Below the pieces are notes generated by a model, which was given only the letters and a program-made list of their open reading frames with translations, ran no database searches and was not told where the DNA came from. The position numbers and the translations under genes are program-made. Below, in pieces: positions 12,857 through 25,442 of a stretch of 64,000 bases of DNA; position 1 is the stretch's first letter; every line of letters starts with the position of its first letter. The stretch is from Podarcis gaigeae (taxonomy: Eukaryota): assembly GCA_964106915.2 (NCBI GenBank), contig OZ066916.1; one strand, 5' to 3'.

Positions 12857-13499
12857 GACTAGTCACTTGGGGAGATTTTGCCTGCTGCTGTGTCCTGATG
12901 GCTCAGTTCACCATTTGCTGGGTCGGTCGCTTGAACGAAAGAAGCATTTCTAGCGGGTGGGAGAATCATTTCTTCGGCTACTGCAGCGACCTGATAGTCG
13001 TAACGTGGGGGGCGAGGGGGAGAGCATTGCTTGCGGTGCGTAATTTCTCCAAGAGGACATGTGTAGACTGGGAAGATCTTTGGACATGCAGCATCACTAT
13101 CATTCTAAGCCAGCCTCCTTCAACCTGTTGCCCCTCAACCCAGATGATCCGGACTCCAACTCCCATCAGCCCCAGCCAGCACGGCCAATGGTCAGAGATC
13201 TTACGGGAGTTGTCGAGCAACATCCGGAGAGCACCAGCTAGGGGGATGCTGTGCTGGGCAAACCAGATCAGTTGTGTTCACATAATCGTGCTTCAGTCTT
13301 GGGAACCAGCTATGCACACATAAGTATATAGACAGATGCCCAGACACACCTGCATGCACTTCTGCTTTGAACGCCTGTCCCTGAAGAACAGCCGGGGAAG
13401 CCATTGGCTGTGGGGGGGGGGGCGCACTGGCTTTTGGCATAGGAAAGGTCCCCTGCAAATGGTCTGATTCAGTTTTCCATGTTCCTTAGGAATCCTGCG

Positions 13500-15900
13500 T
13501 AACCTAGCGAAGTACTTCGAGGGCGGGCAGATGATCCAATCACAGCCCTGACTAAAGGGAGACCATTATTTTTCGAGTGTTCCCGTCACTCGCCAGTCCT
13601 TACAACAGCCTTAACTTGTAGGCCGACAGCATCAGCAGCGCCCACGTGGCTGCGCAGCAAACGCTGAAGACCTCGCAGGAGGAGCTGCCTTGGCGCTGGG
13701 GCCCAGGGCGAATTGCAGGCCGAGCTTCACCACCGGGAGGGGACTTTCCCGCCCCAAAACTCAGGACGAGGAGGAATCGCAAGACCACCACCACCTGAGC
13801 ATCATCATCCAGGCTTCAGAAGCTGGTGGGGCCCGATCCACCATGCACGTTTCTGCAGCAGCAGCAAAAAAAAAAGAGCCACTTCTGTTTCCTACAGTGG
13901 CTTTCTTCAAGGGAGTGCGCGTAGAATGGAAGCCTGGAAGAACTCTCGGGATCGGGAGCAAAATGGAATGAGGTGGAGGGAGTTAGAAGCAATTCCCCCC
14001 CCCCCCATCGCCGCTTCCCTTGCTCCCCCCAACCTGGGCGAAGAGGCTGGAGCCTCGCGTACAGGCCATCTCTCGCCCCCTGGACTCTGGAGTGCGCCCC
14101 CGCCTGGCCGGGAGGGACGCTTTCCTTGGAGAAAGTCCCGAGGGAGGCTGGTGGACCATTAACAAGTCAACCACGCCGCTAAAGAGGGAAATCGGATTGT
14201 AGGAGAAGAGATCCCTATTTTTAAAAAAAACTTTTTTAAAAATATGTATTTATTATTTATTTGTTTGTGTTTGCATCCAAAGCTGGTAAGAAGCGAGAGT
14301 GAGAAGGAGAGAAACGCTCCGGACTCGCCTTTTCCAAACTCCTGTGCAGAAGCCGCTGGGAGGTTCATTAATAGCATTAGAATTTAACACCCCCTCCCTC
14401 CAGCTGACGTCACGCACATCGCCCAGAACTGGCTCGCTGTGAAGGTGGTTGGAGGGAGGGGGGGCGAGATGGAGGAAGAGGAGGGACGGAGGCGAGAGGA
14501 GCCCCCTCCCCCCTCCCGACGGGCTGCCTGTCAGCGCTCCCGGGGGGTATGATAGGCGCTTCAGGCTGGAGGCTCAAAGCACAAAGTCAGCCCGTGTGGT
14601 GAACTTCTGGAAACCTTTCACTTTTTTTCCTCTCTCCGCTCGGTGCCATTCACTTTCTGAGCACCAGACCCTGCCTCTTCTGACGTTGCCCCCCCCCCGC
14701 ACCACCGCCACCCCCGGTTCCTTTTTATGATTTACCCGCCTCTGATCTCTGCCTCGGCGCCCTGAGCCGCGCAGCGCAGCTCCGGCGTCCTCCTCTCGCC
14801 GTGGGGCTCTTCATGCCGAGCCCCCCCTTCTTCTCGCCAGCCCCACCGCGCCGCCGCCCCCTTCCTCGAAGCCTCCGGAGGGACGACGACGACGAACTTC
14901 TCCTCCTTCTGAAGAGCCACTGGCGTCTCCCTTCCCTTGGAAAAGAAGCAGCAAGCGAGCGAAGCCAAACTCTCTCTCCCCCCTCCCGCCGCCCCGCGCC
15001 CCGTCAGCTCCTCCCGCCAAAAAAAGAAAAGTTTCCCCTCTCTCTGCCCGGCAGGACCGTCCTCTGAGGAAAGTGGTTTGGGGAGGCGGGAGGCGGGCGA
15101 GGAGGAGGAGGAGGAGATGCGTCGCTTTCGCCCGCGGGAGGAACCCTGAGGCAGCTGCCCCGAGGGAGCCGGAGGAGAAGCCGCAGCGCCCGCTCGCCGC
15201 CTCCGGGAAAGAAGCCCCAGCCGGAGGCGCCGCCGCCCCGAGGGACTCCGCCATGAGCAAGCCGGCGGGATCCACAAGTGGGTAACGCGCAGCGGGGAGC
15301 GGGGGCGCGGAGGGGGGCGAGTGGCTTCGCTGCCCCCGGGCCAGGCTGGGTGCCTCTGAGGCGGCGGGGCGGGGGGTGTCCTCTCGCTCCGAGTCTGGAT
15401 CTTCCGCAAAGCGCGCTTCCCGGGAGCAAGCCCACGCGGAGGGGCTTTCCTCGCAAGGGGGTCTGCGGAGGATCGCGCTGCGTGGCTTTGGGATTTTGGA
15501 GGTTGTTTTCTCCGGGCCTGTAATGAACTTCAGATTTCCCCTTTCTGATCGCGGTGGGGGGGGGGGGTAAGGATGGGGCGCTGGTAGGTCGCGATCGAGT
15601 CAAAGAGTTGCGCACGCGGGTCGCTTTCCCACGGCGGAGATCGCGATGCCGATCGACCTGCGCAACTTCCTTCTGCTGCTCTTAATCCGTTTTAGAAAGA
15701 GAAGGGAGAGCAGCCCGAAACTTCGGAGTTGAATGCCAAGGAGGAGGAGGGAGGGAGCCGTTCTCTGGAAAGAGGATTTGACGGGAATACTTTGCACACC
15801 ATTTCCAGCCTTACCGAATAATCCTGCGAAAGGGAGAAGCAGAAACAACTTAAAAGTCACATTTCCCTTAATCCTAAATCCGGGTACACCTCATAACGGA
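13500..15900 (+). promoter_or_regulatory. NR2E1: NR2E1 CpG-island promoter, 5' UTR and start of intron 1
   Basis: High GC and CpG density around the start codon; full CRE tgacgtca at 14405-14412; island boundaries and TSS approximate. Confidence 0.8.
15253..15277 (+). CDS. NR2E1: NR2E1/TLX coding exon 1 (MSKPAGST-S)
   Basis: gccATG Kozak context, matches the TLX N-terminus, donor gtgggt at 15278. Confidence 0.95.
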
Positions 15901-16354
15901 GGGATTTCTTTCTTTAAGTCTGATTGACCGCTCGGGCTTGGAGTTGGCTTCAGACTCCAGAAATCCAAGAAGGGACTTTGGGGTGGGTGTCCCCCCTCTT
16001 TTTTTGGTCGTAATATACATAATAGGGTCAGTAATGTACACGATCTAGTTTGATGTAAGGCGACGGGTGGACCAGGTCATTTTAGGGCGAGAGCGTGGGG
16101 CCACGGTGACTTTTTTTTAGCAACATCAAAAATGCCTTTGGAGAAAGAGAAGCACGTGCGTGTAGAAATGCCTCCCCCCCAAAAAGGGCGCATTTGAGCT
16201 CACGAATCGTCTCCCTTTATTTCCTCTCCACCCTCTTCTTCCTCCTCTTCTAGCGCGCGTGTTGCTTGCTGTAACTGCAGACTAACTTTATTCCGAGTTA
16301 TCTGGCATCGCTCGATATTGAAACTTTTCCCCAGCGAGCAAAATATATAAAAGA

Positions 16355-16357
<3 letters not shown>

Positions 16358-16419
<62 letters not shown>

Positions 16420-16428
16420 TGTGTGTGT
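16358..16428. repeat. Compound (CT)n(GT)n microsatellite
   Basis: Direct reading. Confidence 0.95.
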
Positions 16429-17116
16429 ACACCACCATCATCACAGCAAAAAGAGAAAGTAAAAGTTTTTTTTTCTGTATTTGAGGATCACCAAAATATA
16501 GTTTGGGGCTGGGAGCGGGGAGGTTAGCGGGATTGATCTGGTAGCAAAATCCCTTTGGATCCATCTAGAGCAAACCTCTCCCGTCTGTTTTCCCGCAATC
16601 TTTGGAGGGGTCAGGGGACGGGACACCTGCGTTGCTCTTGCCAGGGGACGTGCAGACTGTTATCTAAAGAGAGGTGGAAATTATTCTCGGGCCAACTTTG
16701 TGAAATTATGGAGGCTATGGATAATTTGCTCGAGAGTAGTTCTACTTTCAATGGAGCTTCCTCCAGGTCATCGTGCATGGAACTGCCGCCTTACAGCTCG
16801 ATTCTTTATATCTGTTACCTTAGAATTTAGTCGCCAGGATCCAGTGGGCGTGTGTTCAAAGTTGATGCAGCTTTTTGCCGCAGCCCCCTGAGTTTGGCCT
16901 TGTTGTTCCGCTAGTCCCTGGGGTTGAACCAAACTGCCTCGGGGAGATGGGCTCCCCGAGTGTCCCCGTTACCTCCCCTTCTTGGGACTCTGTCGCTTCT
17001 TACACTGAGGGCCGTCACAGGTTCTCTCGGATAACTTTATCCCTAAGGAGAAATAAAGAATGTGGTGTAAACCGGGAAGGGATGTTTGTGTGTGAGAGAG
17101 AAATGTGTTAGGACAG

Positions 17117-17117
<1 letters not shown>

Positions 17118-17160
<43 letters not shown>

Positions 17161-17178
17161 TTTCTTTTCTTTTCTTTT
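17118..17178. repeat. (CTTT)n microsatellite
   Basis: Direct reading. Confidence 0.95.
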
Positions 17179-20100
17179 TAACTAAATGCGATTTCTGTGA
17201 CCTGGGAATGAGATCCCTAGTGGGGTCGGGATGTTACTTGGAAGTAAGTTTCCGTCATTTCAAGGAGGCGAGACGGACTTCTCCTGCCCCGTCTGCAGCC
17301 CGCCCGGGATAGCTTAAAAACAAAATTAACTTGGCATAACGGAATAAACGCCGCTGGAAGATTAGCTCCGGAGGAACTCCGTCCCGGCCAGTTTCCGTTT
17401 GCTTGCATCTAAACTTGCCATTGATCCGCCTTAAGGCTCCAGAAATGATCCAAACGCAACGTTTTTGCAGCTAGGAGAGTTTTATTACGTGGTCAGCGAG
17501 TTCTTTCCTCCAAACAAAAAAACAAAACCGGACTCTGTTCACAATCCTAACTGATATCAATAAACAAAAACCAAGCGCCGTTGGTTTGAATGACATTGGC
17601 ACGACAGCCTTGATTTTAGGTGACTGGTCTCAATCTGCGGTTTGGGGGGATTCAAATGGATTAAAAAATAATAATCAATCCACAGACTTTAAGCTGCTCG
17701 GCTCTATTTGGATCGTCCCCTGTTTATGAGTTGGGGAACATTTTCTATTTCGGGGTATGCGGAAACTTGGTTATTTATTCTGCAGGATAGAAGCTGTGGC
17801 TTCTCACGCCATTTCCCCCCTGGCGGACCCCTCCCCACTGATCCCTCTGGCCTTTACTCCCCCGCAGGACCTCGGCCCTGCCTTGAGGAGGACTGGGGCG
17901 ATCTCCTGCGCCCCTTGGAGGGAGGGCGCCCCTCGCCAGGCCTTGAACAGCCCGTCTAGTCCCGAGCCGTGGCGCAGAAGCGGCCGCGTCTCCTCCGGCC
18001 TTTGGCGCTGGCTCCGCTTTCCCTTCCGCCAGGCTGGAGTGATGTCAGATGTGATCTCTCTGCTTGGGTGGTAACAAGACCCCGTCGAGGAGTCCTCGCA
18101 AAGCAGCCTAACTTCTTTCAACAGCCTCTGATGGTAATTACAGTAATCGAAGCTGCCATATATCTTTAAGCAATTAGGAGGCGCGCACACACACACAAAA
18201 AAAGTGCCCCCGCCCCGGACGCCCCGTCGAGGGATGTTCCAAACGGTTTCCCAGCGCCGCCCGAGCCGCGTTTGTCTTTCCCGTTAGACTTCTGGGGCCT
18301 TTAAACAGGGGTTAATCAGTTATCTGGTGACCTCGTGTCAAGTTAACGGGGTCCCTCGTTCGCCTGGCATCCTTCGGAATTTTATTCTCAGCACAGGAGC
18401 CATGGTTGCTGGAGGTGGGGGGAGGACACATTAATGGGCTGAGAGACTGACACCCACCCTCTCCAAATGCCATTAAAATGGTGGAGGGGGTAAGCGGAGG
18501 GCAGGGAGCCAAAGTTTGCAGCAGAAGAGTACGGTGGCGAAGGCGAGAAAAGAGGCACTGCCGAAGTTGAGACCCGCAGGGTTTCAATGGCGAGAGTTTT
18601 TAAGCTTCTCCTTTCGGAATTCGTAGGATTTAAACGCGCTGGATTGTGGCTGGATTCCCCCCCCCCCCCCGCGCGCGCAATTATAGTAGGCTATTCTGTT
18701 GCCTATTTCGGTGTGCAATGTTTAAGCTAGCAATGGAAGGAGAATAAGGAAATTAAAGAGACAGCGAATCTAATATCCAGCTTATCCTATCTCCTGTCTG
18801 AAGTGGGTGCCTGGTTGCCAAATAAGCAGGCATATTCAACGGCACCAATACAATATAAGCACTTAATATAGAGCAGAAACAAGAGGTCAGATATAGCTAG
18901 CTACGTTGGGCGTCGGAGATAGGAGAAACAATACAAGAACAGAGCAGAATCGATCCCGAATCTGGGCAGGGCGAGCGGATCCGGAGGTGTTTAGAGGAAT
19001 CCTCCCGGGCATTAATTAAGGCCATTAGTTTTTCCGCAGGCCGCGGGAAGAAATTCTGTGGGCGGAGGTTTAATATAAACAAACTTAATGCAAATAAGGA
19101 ATATACAATGTGGTGGAATACGTGGGGGTCCCAGTGAAATTAAAAGTTAAACTGTGGCTGAATTGGCTTGTCAAAATTGCACGCCTGTTCGGGGACGCTA
19201 AAACAGTTGTGCATGTTCCGTTATTCTGTATTCGCCGCTGGAATATTTTGCCGCCCTCAATTTTCCTAGGCACTTTTACTCTGGATTAGGATACCAGAGC
19301 AGCTTACTCCCAAGTAAACGAACAAAGTTTTACCATCTTAACCCTGTGCGCGCCCGCGCGTGTAAAAATACACGTGGAAATAAATCCATTTGAACTTAGA
19401 ATAACTTTTTGCTCAGAATAAATATTATTAGAAACCGGCTACAAGTATGTAATTGCACTTATCCTGCATTCAGCCCCTGAGGAGTAAATTGGGCTGCTCT
19501 GAAGTAAGAGCTATACATTTTTAAAATATTTAAATTTAGGAATTTAATTTTTAAAAATTTATTCTAGATATACAACTAGGGGCTTTAATGGTTATACCTC
19601 AGGTACTCCTAAAAGCGCTATTTCAGATTTTCTAAAATAGTTATGACTCTCAGGGTCATAACTATTTTCCTATTTTATTTCCCCTTTTCTTTTTCTTCTT
19701 TTTTAAGCAAAACCCTAGAACCAAGGTGCTACGATTTGGGGAATGGTATCTCCAGAAATACTGGGAAGTAAACTGGTTATTTACTTTACACTTAATATGA
19801 TGTTTACCGCCCTCTGAATATATTTACGACTAGATCCTCTGCTGGCTCAGAAAGAAATCCGATGGATTTCAACGCGACTGGAAGCCTGGTTAGACTATTT
19901 CAAGCCAGCGGCTCGTAGTCACAGGGACGGCTTTGGGTCGGACGCCTTGGGGGACAGAGCCACCAAAAGGACGCCCCCCCCCGCTCTGGAGAAATGTCGC
20001 GCCCTCAAACTCGACCCTCTGAGGTTTTTTAACTCGGAAGTGAGCTCAAGGATCCCCCCCCCGCCCCGTGCAGGGGGATCTCATCCTCGGTGGCGTGGCA

Positions 20101-21679
20101 CCTCCCGCCTGCACTTCGACGTGAAGTCCTATCGATCGAGCCTTTGAAATCGGTTTGTGGGGCAGAGGCAGAGAGAGATGGGAAAGAGCGAGTCTGAGAT
20201 GCGCAAGTGGAAAAAAACAAACAAACGAGGAGCGGGGGCAGAAGCCCAGAAGGCGAGTTTGGGATTTGCATAAGGAGTTGCGCGCGTTTTGTCCGATTAA
20301 GGAGCGATGAAATCCAACGCCGGGCGATGGCACCGTGGCATGTCCGATTTCCTTGCCTTTTCCCCTCTTTGAGAGTGGAAAGTCCAGCAGTGGCTGCCTG
20401 GAGGACGTGCGGGGGGGGGGGGGGGGGCTGAGAGAGAGCGAGAGCCGGCCAAGAGCGGTGTGAGAGGCAGGGGAGGGGCGGGAGGAGGCGGGAGGGGGAG
20501 TCGAGTGCTCTCCCCTGTGGCCATTGTCTGCAATGCGAATTCCCATGCTACTCTTTTTGACGGGTCACTGGTGACCCAATAGGCAGGTGGCAAGGAGGGC
20601 GTGTAATTACACAGCTCCAGAAGCCAAGCTTGGCTCGCCCGGCTCTCCTGGAGATCGCTTACCTTCCCGCTCCCCCCCCCCCCCGCTCCGCAAACCACCA
20701 CCCACATTCACACGGCAGCCAAACTTCACTTTTCATCTCGAGGGGGAGGGCTGAAGATTCCTGAGCGTTGTCCTTTCCCCGGACCTGTTGTGACTGATTC
20801 CCCCCCCCCTCTCTCTTTCCCTCCTCCTCCTCCTCCTTGGAAGGATCCCTCCTCCCTCCCTCGCGCCCCCCTCTCTCCGCTTCCCAGCGCGCCCCACCAC
20901 CTAATCCCCCTTCCTCCCGCCGGCCCCGCATATAGCAGCTGTCGGGTTTCATTTGGAGGAGAAGCGGGCCGCGGCTGGCAGCTTGCGCTGATTGGAGGCA
21001 GTCAAACGAGTTCTCCATAGGGGGAAATCATTAAGTTAACACGTTATCTAATGTCCCTATTGTCTGCCGGGGAGGCATTGTTTCAGGGCCCCGCCCCAAG
21101 CCCAGAAGCCAGGTCTCGGAGCAGCGCTCTCGCCGGCCTCGCTGCTCCAGAAAGCGGAAGAATCTGCTCGGAATTCCGTGCCCCCCCCCCCCGACGACGC
21201 CATTCGGGCAACCAGCCATCCCAGTCACACACATAGGTAAAGGCTGGAAGCCCCGTCTCCTTTTCCGAATATTCCTCTTGCTCTCTGCCCGCTCAGCTGC
21301 AAAAAGATGGTGCCTTGCGCCTAAATCTTCCAAGTCCCTTAGACTTCATTGCGCCCCATCTTAAGAGGTTTACAGCTTTCAGGCTGCCCTCCCTGCAAAC
21401 ATATGCCTGCCCACTCACAAGGGAGCCCCACTGAGTTCAATGGGACTTACTGCCAGGTAAGTGGAGACTGGATTGCAGCCTAACTTGGAAGCAGGCCCTC
21501 TGCTGCAGTGCAAAGGCCGCACACCTCCGCCCTGCACCTGGGAAGTAAGCCACCTTGAACAGAGCACGTCTTTCCTCCGGGTTGCAAATGTATGGGACCC
21601 GGCACGAATCCGATCCGAAGTCCTCCTCACTTTTTACAATGCCATTATTATTATATTCTAACAAATACATTTGCTCCAG

Positions 21680-21835
21680 AGGATGGAGTGAAGGGGGGAC
21701 AGCTGCCCCCACCAAATCAAGTAAATAAATAAAAAATACTTAACTAACTGACCAATTGCGTCGTAGATAATTCGGTTCTGTCCGTCCCCCCCACGAAACC
21801 GGCTCCCTCTAAAATAAGTCCAGGCTACGCCCCTG
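21680..21835. mobile_element. Non-autonomous DNA transposon fragment (gctacgcccctg end); related inverted copy at 61343-61503
   Basis: Both copies share aaatacttaactaactgac and a (c)ctggctacg-type terminus, in opposite orientation. Confidence 0.55.
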
Positions 21836-22924
21836 CAACCCTCTTAGGCGCAACGCAATCCTTCGAATGCCTTTGCTGTTTGCAGAGTATATTAGCCCGC
21901 AGTCCGTAGGATTGCGGTCTCCGTGGGGCCTCCCGTTGTAGCGGGGCTAGAAGGGGCTGCAGCTTCAGAGATGAAACTGCCGCTGGGACATTCCCAAACT
22001 TTTCCTCGAGAACTACCCGTTGACCTTTGAAATGCTGCTCTCACTTTTGAATAGCCCGATCCTAAGCGCCTTGAATTTTGCCAGCAAGCTCCAGCGGCTG
22101 TAACGTAGGTTTGCCCACCATCGCAGGCTGACGGCTAAACTTTATCCCAAAGGCATTTGCAAGGAGGGCTTGGGGTCCCCGGAAACGCCCCGGGGCTGAG
22201 ATGTTAGACCAGTAGATGCTGGTGCTTGCGGGTATCAGTTTTGAGCCTGTTCCTTTTAGTCAGCTGAGGACGCGCTTACTTGAGCGTAAGGACCGTTGGC
22301 ATCAGTAGGACTTTCTGACTGAGAAAGTGGGGCGAGAAGAGAACTGGGGTGTATTATTAGGTGAGCGGTTCTTCTGCGACACAGAACATTAAGGCATAAC
22401 CCACCTAATGCGAAGTTCCCGTTTCCTTAGTCTGGGTCTGTAAAGCACCGGCTGTGCACCAGAGGATGGCGTAGCGCAATCCTACAGGTGTTTACTTAGC
22501 AGTTTCCCCAGAGTATGACTGGGCTTTGCCCAAGTCATCGGACAAGCCTCTGCCTGCTTTCTCGTAAGCAAACCCCATTCGTTCCCTTAGGACTTAACAC
22601 CTGACAGGTTTAGGTTTGAGCCTCATGTCTTTAGGAATGTGCCCTTAATCGAAATAAAACCTGGTTGATTTTAAGAGCTGTTCCACAGTGGCTGCCTCCG
22701 AGAAGGTGGTAGATTCTCCTTCTTTACCAGGTTTCAGTATGAGCAGATTGGACACTCGATGCTCTTTCGGTTTCCTGCCAGCTCAGGATTAAATATCATT
22801 ACTTCTAACCAGAGCTAAAAGAAGAAGGCTGCACTCCCAAGCAAGTTTACTTGGAAGAAAATTCCCTGGGCTTCAATCTTGCTTCTGAGTAAACATGGAT
22901 AGACTGAACTATAAATCTGTTTAG

Positions 22925-23135
22925 TGTAGCAGCGGCGTGTTGGATTAAGGGCTGGGGAGGCACCAATTCAAATCCCCACTTAGCCATGAAGCTTCATGAG
23001 CGACCTTCTGCTAATCGCCATCTTTCAGAGTAACCCACCTCGCAGGGTTGTTGTTAGAAAAATGGGATGGGGAAAGAAACTATGCACACTGAGCTCCTGG
23101 AAGTTAAGGCAGCAGATAAGTGTAAGGCATAAATC
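22925..23135 (+). mobile_element. Old MIR/Squam3-like tRNA SINE
   Basis: ttcaaatccccacttagccatgaagct...acctcgcagggttgttgt core, shared with the copy at 25245-25708. Confidence 0.65.
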
Positions 23136-23180
23136 AAATCCATGCTTGTTCGAACAAGGAGTAAGCCAGTGAAACTATTT

Positions 23181-23323
23181 GGATGGCTCAGTTGGTTAGA
23201 GTATGGTGCTGATAATGCCAAGATTGCCGGTTCGATCCCCGTATGGGACATCTGCATATTCCTGCATTGCAGGGGGTTGGACTAGATGATCCTCAGGGTC
23301 CCTTCCAATTCTATTATTCTATT
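23181..23323 (+). mobile_element. tRNA(Ile)-headed SINE with CR1-like tail
   Basis: Head gctcagttggttagagtatggtgctgataatgccaag...ggttcgatccccgtatggg matches tRNA-Ile; same tail as the 7101 copy. Confidence 0.85.
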
Positions 23324-23940
23324 TCCTAGTCACTTGAGGATCCTGTACACATTTGCCCAGAAGTCCTGCTATTGCTTCATTCCCAGGGAAGGTGCAGAGG
23401 CCGGGGGTGCAGGAGAGCTTAGGGTAGCAACACTAAGGAAGTACAAGCTTCTGTTTCCAGAGGGGAAGTGAGGACTTAATGGTCTTGTAGAGGGTAGTTG
23501 TCTTTAGATAGGCAAAGGCTTCTTACTTCACTTCCTCCACAATGTGATGTGCCAACCCTGCTGCGTTTGAGGGTCCTTCTCCTGCTGAATGAGACTCTGG
23601 ACTTCTGTTCCAAAGTCCTGCCTGAGTGTACCACCGTCTAATTCCCGCCCCCTCCAGCCAGAATTTCTGCTGCTACTCCTGTAACATGGCAGGAGAGGAC
23701 TTGCAGATGCTGGGCTCCTGATCAAAGCAAATGCAGCCAGAAAGAAGTCCCTGAAAAGCTGGGAGTGGTGCAACAAGTTGATTTTATACTCTGGGCTCAA
23801 TGTTGTTGTTTTTAAAAGGAGCATGTGTATTACTTTAGTTGTGAAGCCCACAGTTAACACTGATCTTCTCACCACTACCATCACCTCCTGACCATTCCAT
23901 GTTTTACAATTGCTTCTACAATCCTAATATGTAGGATGGC

Positions 23941-24563
23941 TTTATTTATTTTATTTATTTACTAGTCACTTCCTTTTTTACCAAAGTAACTCTTAAGTTA
24001 CTTACAATATAAAACAAACAAATACATTAAAGTCAGGTTAAAATGAAACAAACAAAAATATCTAAAAGACAATTCTATTTTTAAATAGGTGGATTGAAAC
24101 ATCCCACTCAGTCATGGAAGCCATGATAATGAAAAGCCAAAGACCTAAATGTCCCGTCCCCCCGGGTGCCTAAAAGCTATGCAGTGATGGAGCCAGGCAA
24201 GCTTCCCTGGAAAGAGATATCCATACACAGGGAGCCATCACTGAAAAGTCCTGCTCTTGTGTTGCCACCCTCCAGACCTACAAAGAAGAGCCTCACATGA
24301 TGATCCCAGGGTCTGGGTCAGTTCATGTGGGGAGAGGTGGTCCTTGAGATTTGGGGCTCCTGAGCTTTATACATCAGAACCAGTGCTTTGCATTGGGATC
24401 AGAAACTAACTGGTAACCAGTGCAGTCGAGCCAGGATTGGTGCAAGGAAATAAACAACTTAGGAAGTTTTTAATGACTGATGTTTTAATGTATTTTTAAT
24501 ATTTTGTTGGAAAATGCCCAGAGTGGCTGGGGAAACCCAGCCAGATGGATGTGGTATAAGTAA

Positions 24564-24611
<48 letters not shown>

Positions 24612-24985
24612 TGCTCAGGCTATCTTGCCACAGTGAGCAACCTGGCTGCTGAATTCTGCACCAGCTGCAGTTTCTAAACTGTCTTCGGAGGCAGATCCAT
24701 GTATAAGCATTGCAGTAATCTAACCAAGAAGTTACCAGAGCATAGTCAACAGAAATCAGAAGTTTGCTGGGCCACCAGCCAAAGCTGATGGAAGGCGTTC
24801 TGTGACCCTGAAGCCACTTGAGCCTCAAGTGACAATGATGGAACCCAAAGTAACCCCAAGCTACTGCCTGCTCCTTCAGAGGGAGTGTAACCTCAACCCA
24901 TCCTTCCAGTCTGGGGAACAATTCACTACCAGTGCCTCAGTCTTATCTGGATCCAGTTTATTGGCTCTCATCCAGTCCATTACGA
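23941..24985 (-). mobile_element. L2-type LINE fragment, interrupted by a + strand L2-type 3' end with (TTA)n tail (about 24447-24610)
   Basis: Minus-strand peptide ALVTSWLDYCNA and nearby QLVQNSAARLL are L2 RT C-terminal motifs; (TTTA)n tail at about 23941. Confidence 0.75.
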
Positions 24986-25272
24986 TTAAAAAAATGGAAA
25001 ATAAAAAATAACAGCATGTGCATTTAAACTCACTTTAAATCACAGCACCACCATGACCATTGGAATAAAATGTGTCTGCTGCCCTGGTGCTAAGCTCATT
25101 CAGTTGCAGAAAAGGGCAGCACTGTATATTTTTAAATGACTATAAGTTTTTAAAAGACTATAAGTTTTTAAAAGAAGAAGAAATACTGATGCCAGTCCTC
25201 TTTGATGTGCCCCCTCTCCCTTCATCTGTCAATCCCTGAGTAGAGAGAGCCAGTGCGGTGAGGTGGTTAGAG

Positions 25273-25409
25273 CAGGCTTCCTCAACCTCGGCCCTCCAAC
25301 TGTTTTGAGACTACAATTCCCATCATCCCTGACCACTGGTCCGGCTAGCTAGGGATCATGGGAGTTGTAGGCCAAAAACATCTGGAGGGCCACAGGTTGG
25401 GGAAGCCTG
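25273..25409. mobile_element. Palindromic hAT MITE nested in a SINE
   Basis: TIRs caggcttcc...ggaagcctg; TSD ggttagag (25265-25272) / gattagag (25410-25417). Confidence 0.85.
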
Positions 25410-25442
25410 GATTAGAGGGTCAGCCAAGGTCCAGGGAGACAG

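Noticed and set aside
14732-15615. Long minus-strand ORFs (225 aa, 203 aa, 154 aa) over exon 1
   Set aside because: Low-complexity Pro/Arg/Gly products expected from stop-poor CpG-island DNA; no recognisable domain
20401-20500. G-quadruplex-forming G runs
   Set aside because: Poly-G/C runs occur throughout the window, so nothing singles out this one
23181-23250. Apparent tRNA-Ile(GAT) gene
   Set aside because: Acceptor stem is damaged, no oligo-T terminator follows, and it runs directly into a CR1-like tail, so it is a SINE head
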